A stretch of 63,552 nucleotides of DNA, the filler included, from Octopus bimaculoides (taxonomy: Eukaryota), in the NCBI RefSeq assembly GCF_001194135.2. It is 7 parts of 6 records of this genome, joined end to end, with 100 filler letters (N's around TTAATTAATTAA, not from the genome) between each part and the next. Parts side by side here need not be neighbours in the genome. Positions count along the whole stretch, not along the records: positions 35,602 to 47,095 come from NC_068981.1; positions 47,196 to 58,954 come from NC_068982.1; 5 more parts are not named here. One strand, given 5' to 3'. Under the pieces are notes generated by a model. It had not been told where the DNA came from, ran no database searches, and was given only the letters and a program-made list of their open reading frames with translations. Numbering within the stretch: position 1 is the stretch's first letter; each line of letters opens with the position of its first letter. This document shows, in pieces, positions 44,080-56,519 of the stretch. Position numbers and translations under genes: made by a program.

Positions 44080-44400
44080 TATTTATATCTACACTGCTGC
44101 AGCAACTTCAAATTTCTCACAATATTTTTGTGATTTGGATCCTTCTAATCTAAAAACTTTGAAATTACTTTTGAATAAAACTGAAGCCCCTTCGTACAAG
44201 TTGTTCATTGTACCATCAAATTCTGCATCAGAAATTTTTTCAATGTCAGGACCATTAAATATACTGGCTTTCAATTTAGTGTCAAACAAACCAAGAAACT
44301 TTTGGCATAAATACATGAAATAAGCTCCAATCTTTTGATGGAGCTTTGACAAATTGCTTTCTTAGTCCAAGTTTAATATGGGTCAGTTGTTGCAGTACTT
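44080..44400 (-). mobile_element. Transposase remnant with LHIKLGLMKQFVKA motif (Chapaev/CMC-like; family assignment from memory)
   Basis: HIKLGLRKQFVKA followed, after a frameshift, by KLKASIFNGPDI..ISDAEF. Confidence 0.6.
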
Positions 44401-45327
44401 TATTTGTATTCACTTTTTTTTTCTTTTTTCTGTGATATGTAAAATTTTGGTGTTTCTTTGGTAAATACTGCAATCCTCTGAATTTACCAAAGAAATATTG
44501 AAAAAAAAATAGGAAAAATATTTATTTTTTTAAATTTCAGGAAGGAAAAATACTTTCATTTTAGAAGTGTGTTTTGTGATAAGTAAAAGAAATAGATAAC
44601 TTAGAAGTAATTAATTAGAAACAACAATTAAAACCATATTAAATATAAGATATAAGGAATATATAAGAATCAGTAGAAATTTAGAAAANNNNNNNNNNNN
44701 NNNNNNNNNNNNNNNNNNNNNNNNNNNNNNNNNNNNNNNNNNNNNACTTCATTTTCTCACACCATAGAAGTTTGAAAATATAGACCTGAAGCATATCTTT
44801 TTCATTTTCTTTTCACATGATTCTATTAAAGTTCAGTGTACTTTCTGTGAATCTCATCATCTAGATCAAAACTTCTGATTATGTATAATAACTGAGTGTT
44901 CATAAATACTACCATTTATTTCATCAATGGTATTGTACATGTGCCACCCTTTGAATATAATGTATTCTTTGAAAGAATATTGTTTAATTAAAGACAAGAG
45001 AAATGTTTGGTCATGAACTGCTTGTGCATTCAATACCACCAAATACTCTGTCCTGCATTGATTCTTTTTTTTTTTTTATAGTTTCAGCTCAGAGCTGCAG
45101 CCATGCTGATGCACCACCGTTTATTGTATTACCTCAGAGAAATGGCTCTTGGTTATTTCTACTATTATAATAGTTTCATTTTGCAAGTCCATACCATCCA
45201 ATTTCTATTACATGGAAAAATGCAAGCAAGAGAAATAATATTCTTAAGATTATAAACCTGGAAAAGTATAGGACAAGTAATTACACTTGGAAAAGTTCAG
45301 GACAAGTTGTTAGATCTGGTAAAGTTC

Positions 45328-45377
45328 AGCCAATAAAAACACACGCACTATATATAGTGCGTGTGTTTTTATTGGCT
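45328..45377. repeat. Perfect 50-bp palindrome
   Basis: AGCCAATAAAAACACACGCACTA-TATA-TAGTGCGTGTGTTTTTATTGGCT. Confidence 0.95.
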
Positions 45378-45679
45378 AAACTGGCAACATGACCATCCCC
45401 AAATACAACAATACCTGTTTCAACACGATTTCACATCCAGAATCTTGTAAAACGAATATATAAACGTAATCTTAAGAATATTATTTCTCTTGCTCAAATT
45501 TTTCCATGTAATTCATGTTTTTTCCAGGCTATGCTATTATGCTAATTAATAATTTAAGATAAAAATAAGATTAGTATTTGAAGAGCACTTTATTTACATT
45601 AACTCATTCTAGCATTACCCATCCACACCAAATTAATGACAGAGAATTTTACCATCTTGAAGGTTTCACTTACAAACAA

Positions 45680-46725
45680 CAAGACCCCAAAGCCATCAGT
45701 TACCAGGCTCACCTTAAGTAACCTAGATTTTGAGTTGGTGATAACAGCAATGACTGCTGCTGATCTAGATCTATCAATAATGATTCAATACAACGGTAAT
45801 TATGAAAGCATATCACATACACACAAGTGAAAATTACGTACATTCCCATAATACAAAAATTGATATATGAAAGCCTCTTTAAATTAACTTCGATGTTAAA
45901 TAATAAGTTTAGAATTTAATTACTTTATAGTAATGCCTTTTCTGGACAGCCTTACTATGTGCCTTCAGGTATGCTCATAGAGACAGTAAAAAATGACTAT
46001 ATTCTTTCCCCAATAAAATTAGATGTGTATATCTGAAGCATATTAACACATTTGTGAACTAGCTTGATTAAATAATTAAAAAGAAAAATGAAAGCAACTA
46101 AAAAGAAATCAGCAAAAGAAAAAGCAATTAAGGCTGAAAGAGAAAATTAATAATAAAAGTTAAACTTATTTAAGTGCAATAGCATATTAAAAATTACTTT
46201 ATTAATTAGACAAATACCTTTTCTGAACAGCCTTACGACATGACTTCAATACTGCTCATAGAGACACAGCCAGAAATGTCTATATTCTATCAAGTGAATT
46301 TGTAATTTTAGATAAAGTTATTTTTTATGCGAATTTATTTTCTTGCAATTATTAATAAATTATATGTATTTTTATAAGCAAAAAATTATTGATTTCATAA
46401 CAGGGAACAACAACTACAATATAATCATCTTGAATTTGCAACATTGCTCACCAAACAATAACAAATTGCAAGACCCCAAAATCTTCAGTGACCAGGCTCA
46501 CCTTAAGTCACCTAGATCTTGAGTTAATGAAAATAATAATTGTTAATTGAAATGAAAAATAGACACTTGTGTTATGTAATAAATTTGATTTAATTAACAA
46601 TGGTCAATGACATATATAACTTCATTGCTATTAAAATTAAAAGTAATATAAAATATAATCACTTAAAATTGTACCTTTTCTGAATTGCCCTATGATTCAT
46701 AGAGACAGTCACAAGTGGCTATATT
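45680..46725 (-). ncRNA. Cluster of duplicated hairpin islands (3 A-type, 2 B-type); candidate microRNA cluster or non-coding host-gene exons
   Basis: A-type islands at 45937-45996, 46218-46279, 46675-46718 and B-type islands at 45680-45740, 46469-46529 are similar to each other while their spacers are unrelated. Manual folding gives minus-strand hairpins. A1 and A2 have stops in all three minus-strand frames. Confidence 0.4.
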
Positions 46726-47222
46726 TTATTGAATAATTTAAATTAAGACAAAAATTAACATGAAGTTATTTATAAAAGCAAGTAATCCCCACCAAACCCT
46801 TCATTGGAAAGGTGAAAAATTGGATTATTAAACAAACTTGTTTACTTTATTTTAAGATTGTAGTATTAAGAATCCCATTTTTTATATTTTGAAATACTTA
46901 TATGTATAGGTGCAGGAGTGGCTGTGTGGTAAGTAGCTTGCTTACGAACCACATGGTTCCGGGTTCAGTCCCACTGCGTGGTACCATGGGCAAGTGTCTT
47001 CTTCTATAGCCTCGGGCCGTCCAAAGCCTTGTGAGTGGATTTGGTAGATGGAAACTGAAAGAAGCCCGTCATATATATATATATATATATATATANNNNN
47101 NNNNNNNNNNNNNNNNNNNNNNNNNNNNNNNNNNNNNNNTTAATTAATTAANNNNNNNNNNNNNNNNNNNNNNNNNNNNNNNNNNNNNNNNNNNNTACAC
47201 ACACACACACACACACACGTAC

Positions 47223-47280
<58 letters not shown>

Positions 47281-48479
47281 GGGGGGGGAGTGTGTGTGTG
47301 CGTGAGAGATATATAAATGGATAGATAGATAGTGTGTATGTTTAAGTGTATGTGTGCTAGAGTGTGAAAGGAAGGGAGATTAAAAAAGAGACTCTGGCAT
47401 GTGTGTGAATGCATATGCGTTCATGTATTGATGTATCACAGCATATTTCCGTACCTTTGTGAGTATGCATGTGTGTACATAAATGTGTGTACGTGTGTGT
47501 GTGTACATTAAAGACAGTATGATAAATAGAAAGCATTTGAAGCACATATTTTTATGTATATAAATTTACCAATATAACTGTTCATTTGCGTGTGCATGTG
47601 TGTATGTATGCGTTTGCATGACAGTGAGACTATGATAGGAGGCGGGAGAGCATAGAAAGAAAGAAAGGAAGAAAGAATGTAAGAAAGATAGTGTCTGCGT
47701 GTGCGAGCTCGTGTTGTAGAATTGAGGAATAATTTGTTATGGATAAATATATTGAAACAATAGAATCAGAAGAAACTTCAGACTCTCTTACCTCCTTATT
47801 CTAAGTAACTGAACGTTTGTAACAAAAGGCTATTTATCAAAACGTAAAGATTGTAAGCGGCACAACTCATTTACATAATGATACAAGATTTACAGCTGTG
47901 CATTAATTACTGGTTTATTAATATAGTATAAGTTGTGAATGAATAAATATGAAAATAGTCATATCCATATGTATTTAGTTTCCCTATGAAATTAGGCCTC
48001 ATGGTTAGACTGCATATGCATATTTATTCAAAACTAAATACAGTATTGGTATTTTAGTAATTAATGTCCTGTTCTATCACTACATAAATTAATTGTATTT
48101 GATATAATTTTGCTAACGTTTTAATAATTATTTATTGTTCGGCAGCTTGCAAGGGAGGTAATCATACCCAGATAATTTGTAAGGACAACGAAACTAATTA
48201 GTTCAGTGCTTTGGTTGACTCACAGAGCCTAATTTTACAGCCACTTAATATATATATATATATGGATATAATACCATAAAAAAATTATCTATTCATAAAT
48301 AATTATTCATAACTAATTATCCCTTAACAGTTGTTCGCTTCAGAGCATCCTTCAGATGGACCCACTTCAGAGCATCCTTCGTGCTTCCATCCAATGACTC
48401 CTAGAACAGGTTGCCGGATTATTGTTAGTTGTACCAGCATTGGGTGGAGACTACAATATATTTTACGAACGAAACTATC

Positions 48480-48830
48480 TACCTAAGATCCGAATACGTC
48501 CCTTTTTAAACCACGTCACAAATGATACGATATAACTTTTGGACAGGGTGCGCAGCTCGAAGGTCAGGACATCTTTCTTGGTCGAGCTACTGCTTCTCCG
48601 CACTGAGATGTCACCGATCCAGTATTACGGACATGTGATTAGAATGTCACAGAAAAGAATCTCAAAACAATCCAAACAGCAGGAGATCTAGGGATAGACT
48701 AAGGATGAGATGGTGGATAAATATCTATTGTCTCACTTGGTCGCAATGTAGAATCCAGTCGGAAAATTTAATATCTGACAGGAGTCTTTGAGGGACCCTA
48801 TTCCAACGATCTTCCCAAGAATAATGAGCG
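48480..48830 (+). mobile_element. RTE-type LINE 3' fragment
   Basis: Reads DRVRSSKVRTSFLVELLLLRTEMSPIQYYGHVIRMSQKRISK...RMRW, matching the RTE C-terminal DRVRN..IR..L...RW.GHV.RM segment. Confidence 0.7.
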
Positions 48831-51800
48831 GAAAAGATGGATGTATGGAAATAATCATTCGTCACTTTTGCGAAAGCTAACTGCTGCTCAAAACGGGGAA
48901 TATTACCTCCTCGAAATATCAACTTGTCATATTAAATTATTTGTTTGCGAATCGACCTTTCTAACAACGCTATTTTCTTAATCATTGGGAACCGACGGTT
49001 GCTCAACTTTCTATCGACGGAAGCCAAATCTTTCAGAGTTCAGTTGTCTTTTTTTATGTCTGGATTACACCTCTCCAAAACTTTTGGGCAGTTTTTTTTC
49101 GAAGATTTTGTAAATATGAATTAAAATAAAATAATTTTATAAATTATTAACACAAAGCCTGAAACTTTGAAGGTGAGGTTAAGACGGTTACATCAGTCCT
49201 AATGCGCCGCTGGTACTAATTTCATCGACCCCAAAAGGATGAAAGGTAAAGTCGACCTCGGCGAAATTTGAACTCAGACAGACAAAGTGCCACCAAACGT
49301 TCTACCAGCTCGTCATTCTAAATAGTAACATATGACGACACATATAAAGTAATTGACATTTGCTCCGTAAAACATGAAAAGACAATTTCGCAACCAACAA
49401 CCAAAATAAAACAGTGAATCTTTTGACGATTTTGTCTGCGAAAAAGCAATTCGGAATACGTATCAACGCTTAAAAAAATGAGTATAGTGCAGCATGTCTT
49501 GATCTGCTTCCCTGCCTGATAATTTTATTTAAGAAAGGACCAGAATGAAAATGATATTACATTTACCTATAAAAATGTTGGGAGGTTTACAGTATACTCT
49601 CCAACGAACTGGTGAAAGAAATTGTCTGATATGTAGAGTATTGTGGTTTCCAGCAGCTGCGGATGGGCATATGGAGTTATATATCTGGTTATTACGACGG
49701 AGGATAAAGTAATGAAATAATCTGATTTAGTGCGCCACGCACAACTGCCAACAGCTGGGGAAAAACAGAGTCACAGCCAGAGCACTCGACAGTTATATTT
49801 TCCTTTGACTCCTCATCACTTTTGCTACATAGTATGGATAGGTTGTGGGTGCCGATGTGACTAAAATCATCATGTGATCATGGCATCTGCATAAGCGTCT
49901 GGTGGCTCAGGGCAGAAAGCCCAGTTGTTAGATATGTGTCAGTAACAACCAATTTAGTGTTTTATGCCCTAAAGAGGTGAAAAATCAGATGAGGGAAAAG
50001 AGAGAGAGGAGGAAGAGGAGAGGGGGAAAGAAAGCAAGAGAGAAGGAGAGAGAGAGAGAGAGAAGGAGAGAGAAAGAGAAAGAGAGGAACAAACAGCAGC
50101 AGAGCCATCAACTTTAGCTGCAGCTAGAAACTGCAGATTACAAAATAGATAAATAAATAAATAGATAAATAAATAAAGAAGCAACTGTATTATGTGAGAT
50201 GTGCAAGTGTAGGCAGTGGAGTAGGTCTTTTTCTTAAAAAGAAAAAAACTTAGTGCAATATTTTGATATGATATTTTAGAGCATTCTATCGGAAATAAAA
50301 TGTCAAAAATAGACATCAAAATGTCCTCAAAAAAGTAGAAAAAGACTAAGGGGATATGTCAGGAAAACTATCAATCACAGTAAAATAGCTGCATATTTTC
50401 AAGAAGGTTCAACGGTCATTCACATTGAAGTGGTAGGAAGTGATTTTAGTTTAAGAAAAAAAATACTAGCAACTACAAAGCTTTTATATTCTTACAAGCA
50501 CACACAAATAATATAAGGCTGGTTGTTGAAAAACAAAACAACACTTATGCTATCTTCAAAAACAACATGCTGCTCCATAACGTTTAAAACCTTGACACCT
50601 ATCATTGCTACTATGTTAAACTGTCGTATGTCCAAATTTAGCCAAATGCATTTTTTTTTTTTAATATTTATTTTTGCTTGCAATAACTGGTTCTTTTGGA
50701 CAAAACTATCGTATCTCTAGTTGATTCAGATTGCTATGGAATGGTGAAACTATTTTTTCGTTTTCTGAAGAAGCAACATTTTGGGCTTACGACACTTTTT
50801 CATCATAGCAACGATATATATTCTGATAGAATGTATGAACATATGGGAAAATGCAAAATCTTAAGGAATGAGATAGAGAAATATTTGGAATTGCAACATA
50901 ACTTCTGGTTAAGAAAGCAATGCCAGAAGACTAGGATAAACCTAATCGCCTTTAGTAAAAGCATTTGACAAAGTTCCATCTGCTTGATTATTGGTAGTTC
51001 TTCAAATAAATTAAGTAACTCCAGAATGAACCCTTTAACTGCTAAACTAAACTTTATTGTTATTCCAGAAATGATGTTAAATATCGAACTTTTTATTTCG
51101 TTTCCTCATATTGCGGTACCAACCAATGGACAGATTCGTGGAACCCTAGTTTTGTCTTTCATCTCAACTCTTCTTCAGTTTTAAAGGCCATACACTTCCA
51201 TATTCTCTCTGTCCCTTTCCATGGATAAGATATTCTACACATCAGTGGACGCTTGTTTGTAAGTATATAGAAGTTTCATCGGTTTTTCGAGTAAATAATT
51301 ATTTCTTTCCTTGTCCCATCCGGATCAATTCCTCGAGAAAGTGGATTCTGTGTATTATAATATGTCTCTTCCATGTTTTTATAAAATCCTATATTTTTTC
51401 TCTCAGCCAACCTATGTGCAGCGATTCATTCTGATTTGCCACAGTAACAATACTGTACTTGTTTCTTTAGCTTTTAACGTGTTTGCAGCATGTCAGTTTG
51501 CGATTGTATTTGTCAAAGCCAGTGTATCTGTTTGTTCAAATGGCATTGCTTTCTGTTTTGCTTTCTGTTTAAATTTCATTTTTTAAAACCTGCAAAATGT
51601 TTTGGAAAGGAAGGTGTACAGATTACTACCACCTTTGGGATTTTCCTTCTGCTGCCACCTCAAGGAGGCCAATTTTACAAATATTTTTAAAATGTGCTTG
51701 ACAGGAAAAAAAAAAAATTGTGTTCACATTGTAAAGGTTTTTGTTCCCTAAAAGGATAAAAAAGACTCGTCATCTCAGTGTATAACAAGTTGATATAAAC

Positions 51801-51898
51801 ATAATATAAAGAAATTCAACTTGGAAATCTTAATCAATAGTATTCAAAAAATATGAAAACACGAATTCGTAAAAGAATTTTTCTCGTTTGTAACTTCA

Positions 51899-51955
<57 letters not shown>

Positions 51956-51959
51956 GATG

Positions 51960-52012
<53 letters not shown>

Positions 52013-52374
52013 CAGGCACTGACTCTCATGGCTTCTGATCATAACTGATTGGAAGTGTTATCATGCACATGCTTTGATTGCTGTAAAAGATGGGCTACAG
52101 CAAATATTCTGCTCAATACCACAGATTTGCTTGTCAGTTGATTTACCTTAACCGGTTGAGCATGTCCCTTAATGGTTGATAAAATGTGCATCTCTGATCA
52201 CGAGCAGAAGTAATGGGGGAGCAGCATAGCCATGTGTTGAGAGAAATTCTTTGGGTTTGAATAATTCACTTCTGGAAAAATAGGTGTTTCGTTCAACTTC
52301 CTTAAACAACCCTTATTCAGGAACCTTTTGAGCGGGATGGGCCAGCCGACCTGAAGAAAATTCTAACTGGGCAT

Positions 52375-52810
52375 GGATAATACCTCAGAGAAATGGAAGG
52401 GAAAGACAAGACCAACACCTGAAGGTGGCTATGAAAAGTGATCTGAAAGGATAACCTGAAGCACTGATATGCAGCGCTCAGGAACAAGCTCAGAACTAAT
52501 TCCATCAAGTTCCAAATAGATAAGTGTAGTGAATCGTCCCTTTGTAGACTGTGTGGCATTAAAAATGAAACAGTATCACATATTGTAGTGAACTGGTCCA
52601 AAAGGCATACAAAAGGAAGCATGATAACGTCGTATGTTCACAGGAGATTGTGTGAGAAGCAGGGCCTTGAAAGGACGTTGAAATGGTACGAGCATAAACC
52701 AGAATGCGTCACCGAGAATAATGAGTATCACTAAGAATGCTTTAGTTAACACAAAGCTGTGGTCGGCAGCACATATCAAGATCAGATGTGGAGCCATGTA
52801 TTTGCGATGA
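52375..52810 (+). mobile_element. Dong/R4-like (RLE) LINE fragment with CCHC zinc knuckle
   Basis: Degenerate EALICSAQEQA.RTN.IKFQIDK..S.LCRLCG..NETVSHIV..E...QKAYKRKHDNV...KWYEHKPE. Confidence 0.8.
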
Positions 52811-54051
52811 GAACTTCTTAACAAGACGCCTATGTCTGTTTATTAAGTTACATTATTTCGTGGTTACACACTAGAATTTTTGGGATACTAACTTTCATCT
52901 GCATCACCAAAAAAAATCAGTTCAACAAAGTTTTTAAAATGGACAATGTCAATATATTTAAAAAAGATTGACCTTGGGAGTAAAGAAATTAATTTTGAAA
53001 TTTGACTTACTGACACAAATTAAATCGATTTACATATTGCAGCAAAATTTATATATTTTTAATAATAAATCGTGTTAATATATTATATTTATTATGTATA
53101 AACTACAAAGTAATAACATATTTTATGAGTTCTATTGCAGTTTGTCTACATACAATAATTTATTTTTCTTTTCATTTCAGGCACATTTTGAGAGTAGTTC
53201 TATACACCCATGCTATGCCTACCATTTTTACCAACGTTTCAACAAATTTATAGAGAATGGGGCAGCATCACCAATCTCCAGCTCACATAGCTGTAAATTC
53301 TCCCGTTCAGCAGCCACTTACAGTAGACGTCTACCAGGATGTAGGCAAAAGAGTATGGCATGTATAAAGAATACTGGCCAAGAAAGCTGATTTTCCTCTC
53401 TATAAACATATACTGGTGAAAGTCGCAGCAAGCCATCCACTCCTCACTCCGGGCTATCACCCACATTAAGCAGTTGAGCAAAAGACCGCTATAAACCTAC
53501 ATGTTTTGAAACACTTCCTTTCGACTCTACATAAAATCAATTGGAACTTTCTTGTCACCTCACGCCTCTGTCATCTGGAACCACCATACTGCTTTCGTTC
53601 CCGCCCAACTAAGAGTATGTCCCTCGTCTCTAACAAGGCGCATGCTCTTTGAGTTTCGCATTGAAGACGCATTCGAGGATCATTCTTGTTGCTTGCACCT
53701 TGGCCTCGATGCCTTTCTTTATCCACACCTCAAATTTAGTGGCTAGCTTCCTCTCTAATCCATTTCCTCCCCCGAGGTCGACTTTGCATTTCAGGGTCGA
53801 TAAAATAGCTACCAGTTGAGCGCTTGAGTCAAAGTAATTTACTTGGCCCCACTCCCGAAATTGCTGAGCTTGTGTCAAAATTTTAAATCATTATTACTTC
53901 ATTCCTAAATCTCATCAGTTTTACTCTAATTCAATTTTTAAGCGTTCATAAACAGCAACAACAACTTTTCCCCGTAAGGGAATATTTGTAGGGTTTACTG
54001 CACATCAGTGAAATGTATACTTCACACAAGGAGCAAAACGGAAAGCACTCC

Positions 54052-54087
<36 letters not shown>

Positions 54088-55176
54088 TCAAATATAAGAA
54101 ACCATCGTCACTGAGAGGAAATTCTAAGCAAATAGATATAATTCTTCTATGCTTTCGATCAACAAACTGCGAACGCTCCTCAGATAGGGAATACCTGATT
54201 CCCTTCCCCCGTTGATGGCGTAGATTATTCAGCTTCAATATAAAGCAATCAGATATTCAGTAATTCGCTTAATGGATGACTTAATTTGCATATTTGTGCT
54301 GTTGACCATTTGCCATTAAATAATTAAGCGATGCATATTTTCTGCACAGCACAGGGTGAATAAGAAAGACTGAAATAATCATAAATAGTAGAAAACCTTA
54401 GTTGTGAGAGGAAGCTATAAGAACGTTAAAAAAACCCTATTACTTTTATATTTTCGATGTGCAGAAAAAGTGGAAAGGAAACTCCGGGCGGATTATTTCG
54501 CTATTGTTGCCCCTGTTTTTAATCTTAATGAGCGATAAGCTCTTATTCGTATTGGCAACACCAGACATATACCATTATTTTATCTCTTGAATATTTGCCT
54601 TTTTATTTATAAACGCTTTGTTTTTGTGTGTTGTGTGTGTAATTTTTTTTTGTCGACATATTGTATTGAATCTCCATTAGCAAAATAGATGTCTTGAAAA
54701 TGTTTTTCCCATAAGTAGGGGGAAAAAGATAAACGAAACTCCACACCTCCTTCAGTAATAATTCAGCAGGATAAGACGTTCTAAATTGTAATTCAAATTT
54801 TGCCAAACACGACAAAATATAAGCTATAGACTTATATACACAAACATGTTACACGAAGGCAACAACGACATCTAATAGGAAGGAGTTAGACGATACAATT
54901 GATTCCAGTACTAGATTCGTACTTTATTTTATCGGCCCCAGAAAGATGACAGACATAGTTAACCTTTGCGGAATTTAAACTCAATGCGTAAAAAATAGAT
55001 ACAATGCCTCAAGGTATTTAATCTGATAATCTAAAGATTTTGCTAATCGACCACGCTAATAATAACACACACGCGCGCGATGGTATGAGTTGCTCATAAC
55101 ATTTGTATTGCGTTCAGTACGCACGGGCTTGTACCAAATGCGAAAATCATTGACATCAATGATCTACTTACCTGTG

Positions 55177-56340
55177 TACGAGGGCCGGCTGAAACGTTTA
55201 TAGACTGATCAAGATATTCTCATGCAATGTAACCAACTGAGCTTTTATTTTTCAACATAGTCCCTCTTGTGGTCCACACACACTTCTTCCATCAGCGTTG
55301 CAGTGGTTGGATCCCATTCGTGAAGAAGCTTTCATCTTGTTGGCCAAAGAAGTCATTAGCTGCAGGTATGGCGTCATCATCACTGCGATACTGGTTCCAA
55401 GCCAAGTGCTTTTTTCATCTTGGAGAACAGATGATAGTCACATGGGACCAAATCAGGAGAATAAGGACGGTAATCAACCAGTTCAAAGCCACAGTCACGC
55501 ACAGCAACGTTTGAAACCAAGGACTTGTGTGCTGGGGCACTGTTCTGATAAAACAAGACTCCTTTCGTCAGTTTTCCTGGACGTTTGGTCTTGATAGCCT
55601 TTCATAACTGCCTCAGCAAGTTGGCATAGTACTCTCCATTGAAGGTGTGGCCCTTTTTAATGTAGTCAATAAACACAATGCCTTTTGCATCTCAAAAACC
55701 AGAGGCCCACATCGTTGCTGAAGATGAAACAACTTTTGTCTTCTTGAAATCAGGTGAGGAGGGGTGTTATTGCTTCTGGCTCAAAGTGATGAAGCCAACA
55801 CTCATCCTGGGTTAAGAAACGTTCGAGGAAACAGACTGGGTCTGCTTCAAACAATGTCAGATTTTCCCGTGATGTGTGCTTTTGATGGATGTCAGAAGAC
55901 GTGGCACCCACCGAACAGAAACCTTTGCTATGTTAAGTTCATTGTTCAGAATATTCTCCACTCTTTCACAGGATATCCTAATAGAATTGGCTTTTTGATT
56001 TATAGTCAATCGCCTATCATCCATCACCATGGGCTGAATAAGCTCAATGTTTTCCTCAGAGGTGACAGCTGCAGAACGTCCAGACTTTGGGTTGTCTTCA
56101 AGACTCTCCCTTCCTCTTTTAAATTCAGCTGCACAATGGATAAACCTGGAACATCATCCTCTAATGTAGCATCTATGTCAGCGTGTATGTTCTTGGGCGC
56201 TAAACCTTTTGCTGCAAGTTCTTGACAACACCACGATGCCACATTGTGTCCATTTTGAAGAGAAATCACTACTAGTTACTTTTGAAATTTCTTTTTATCA
56301 GCCAGATGTCAGTTTGCCTGAAAAGAAACAATATAGTAAG
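55177..56340 (-). mobile_element. Near full-length decayed mariner element
   Basis: TIR-like end TACGAGGG at 55177. Minus-strand remnants cover KGLAPKNIHAD...DD.P.LS, the DE.W motif and the HPPYSPDL region through ...KKCVD.K.DYVEK stop near 55243. The other TIR was not found. Confidence 0.88.
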
Positions 56341-56487
56341 TAATAAGAGAATTGGAATAAATGCATGCAAGATTTCACAGCTCTAGTGTCACTCCTTCAC
56401 AGTTAGCCTATAAATTTTCACTTTTGAATCACATCCTGGAGTTCACCTATCTACATCTGAACCATTGGGAACATTCCGGATTACCTG

Positions 56488-56519
<32 letters not shown>

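Noticed and set aside
44810-44880. C/D-box-like words (ATGATGA...CTGA on minus; ATGATT...CTGA on plus)
   Set aside because: No terminal stem or identifiable rRNA/snRNA antisense guide; such words are frequent by chance in AT-rich DNA.
53181-53480. Strong acceptor (TTTTCTTTTCATTTCAG) followed by coding-looking sequence
   Set aside because: No frame gives a peptide I recognise; one frame is open only to 53390 and another has two stops. Unresolved without BLASTX or RNA-seq.
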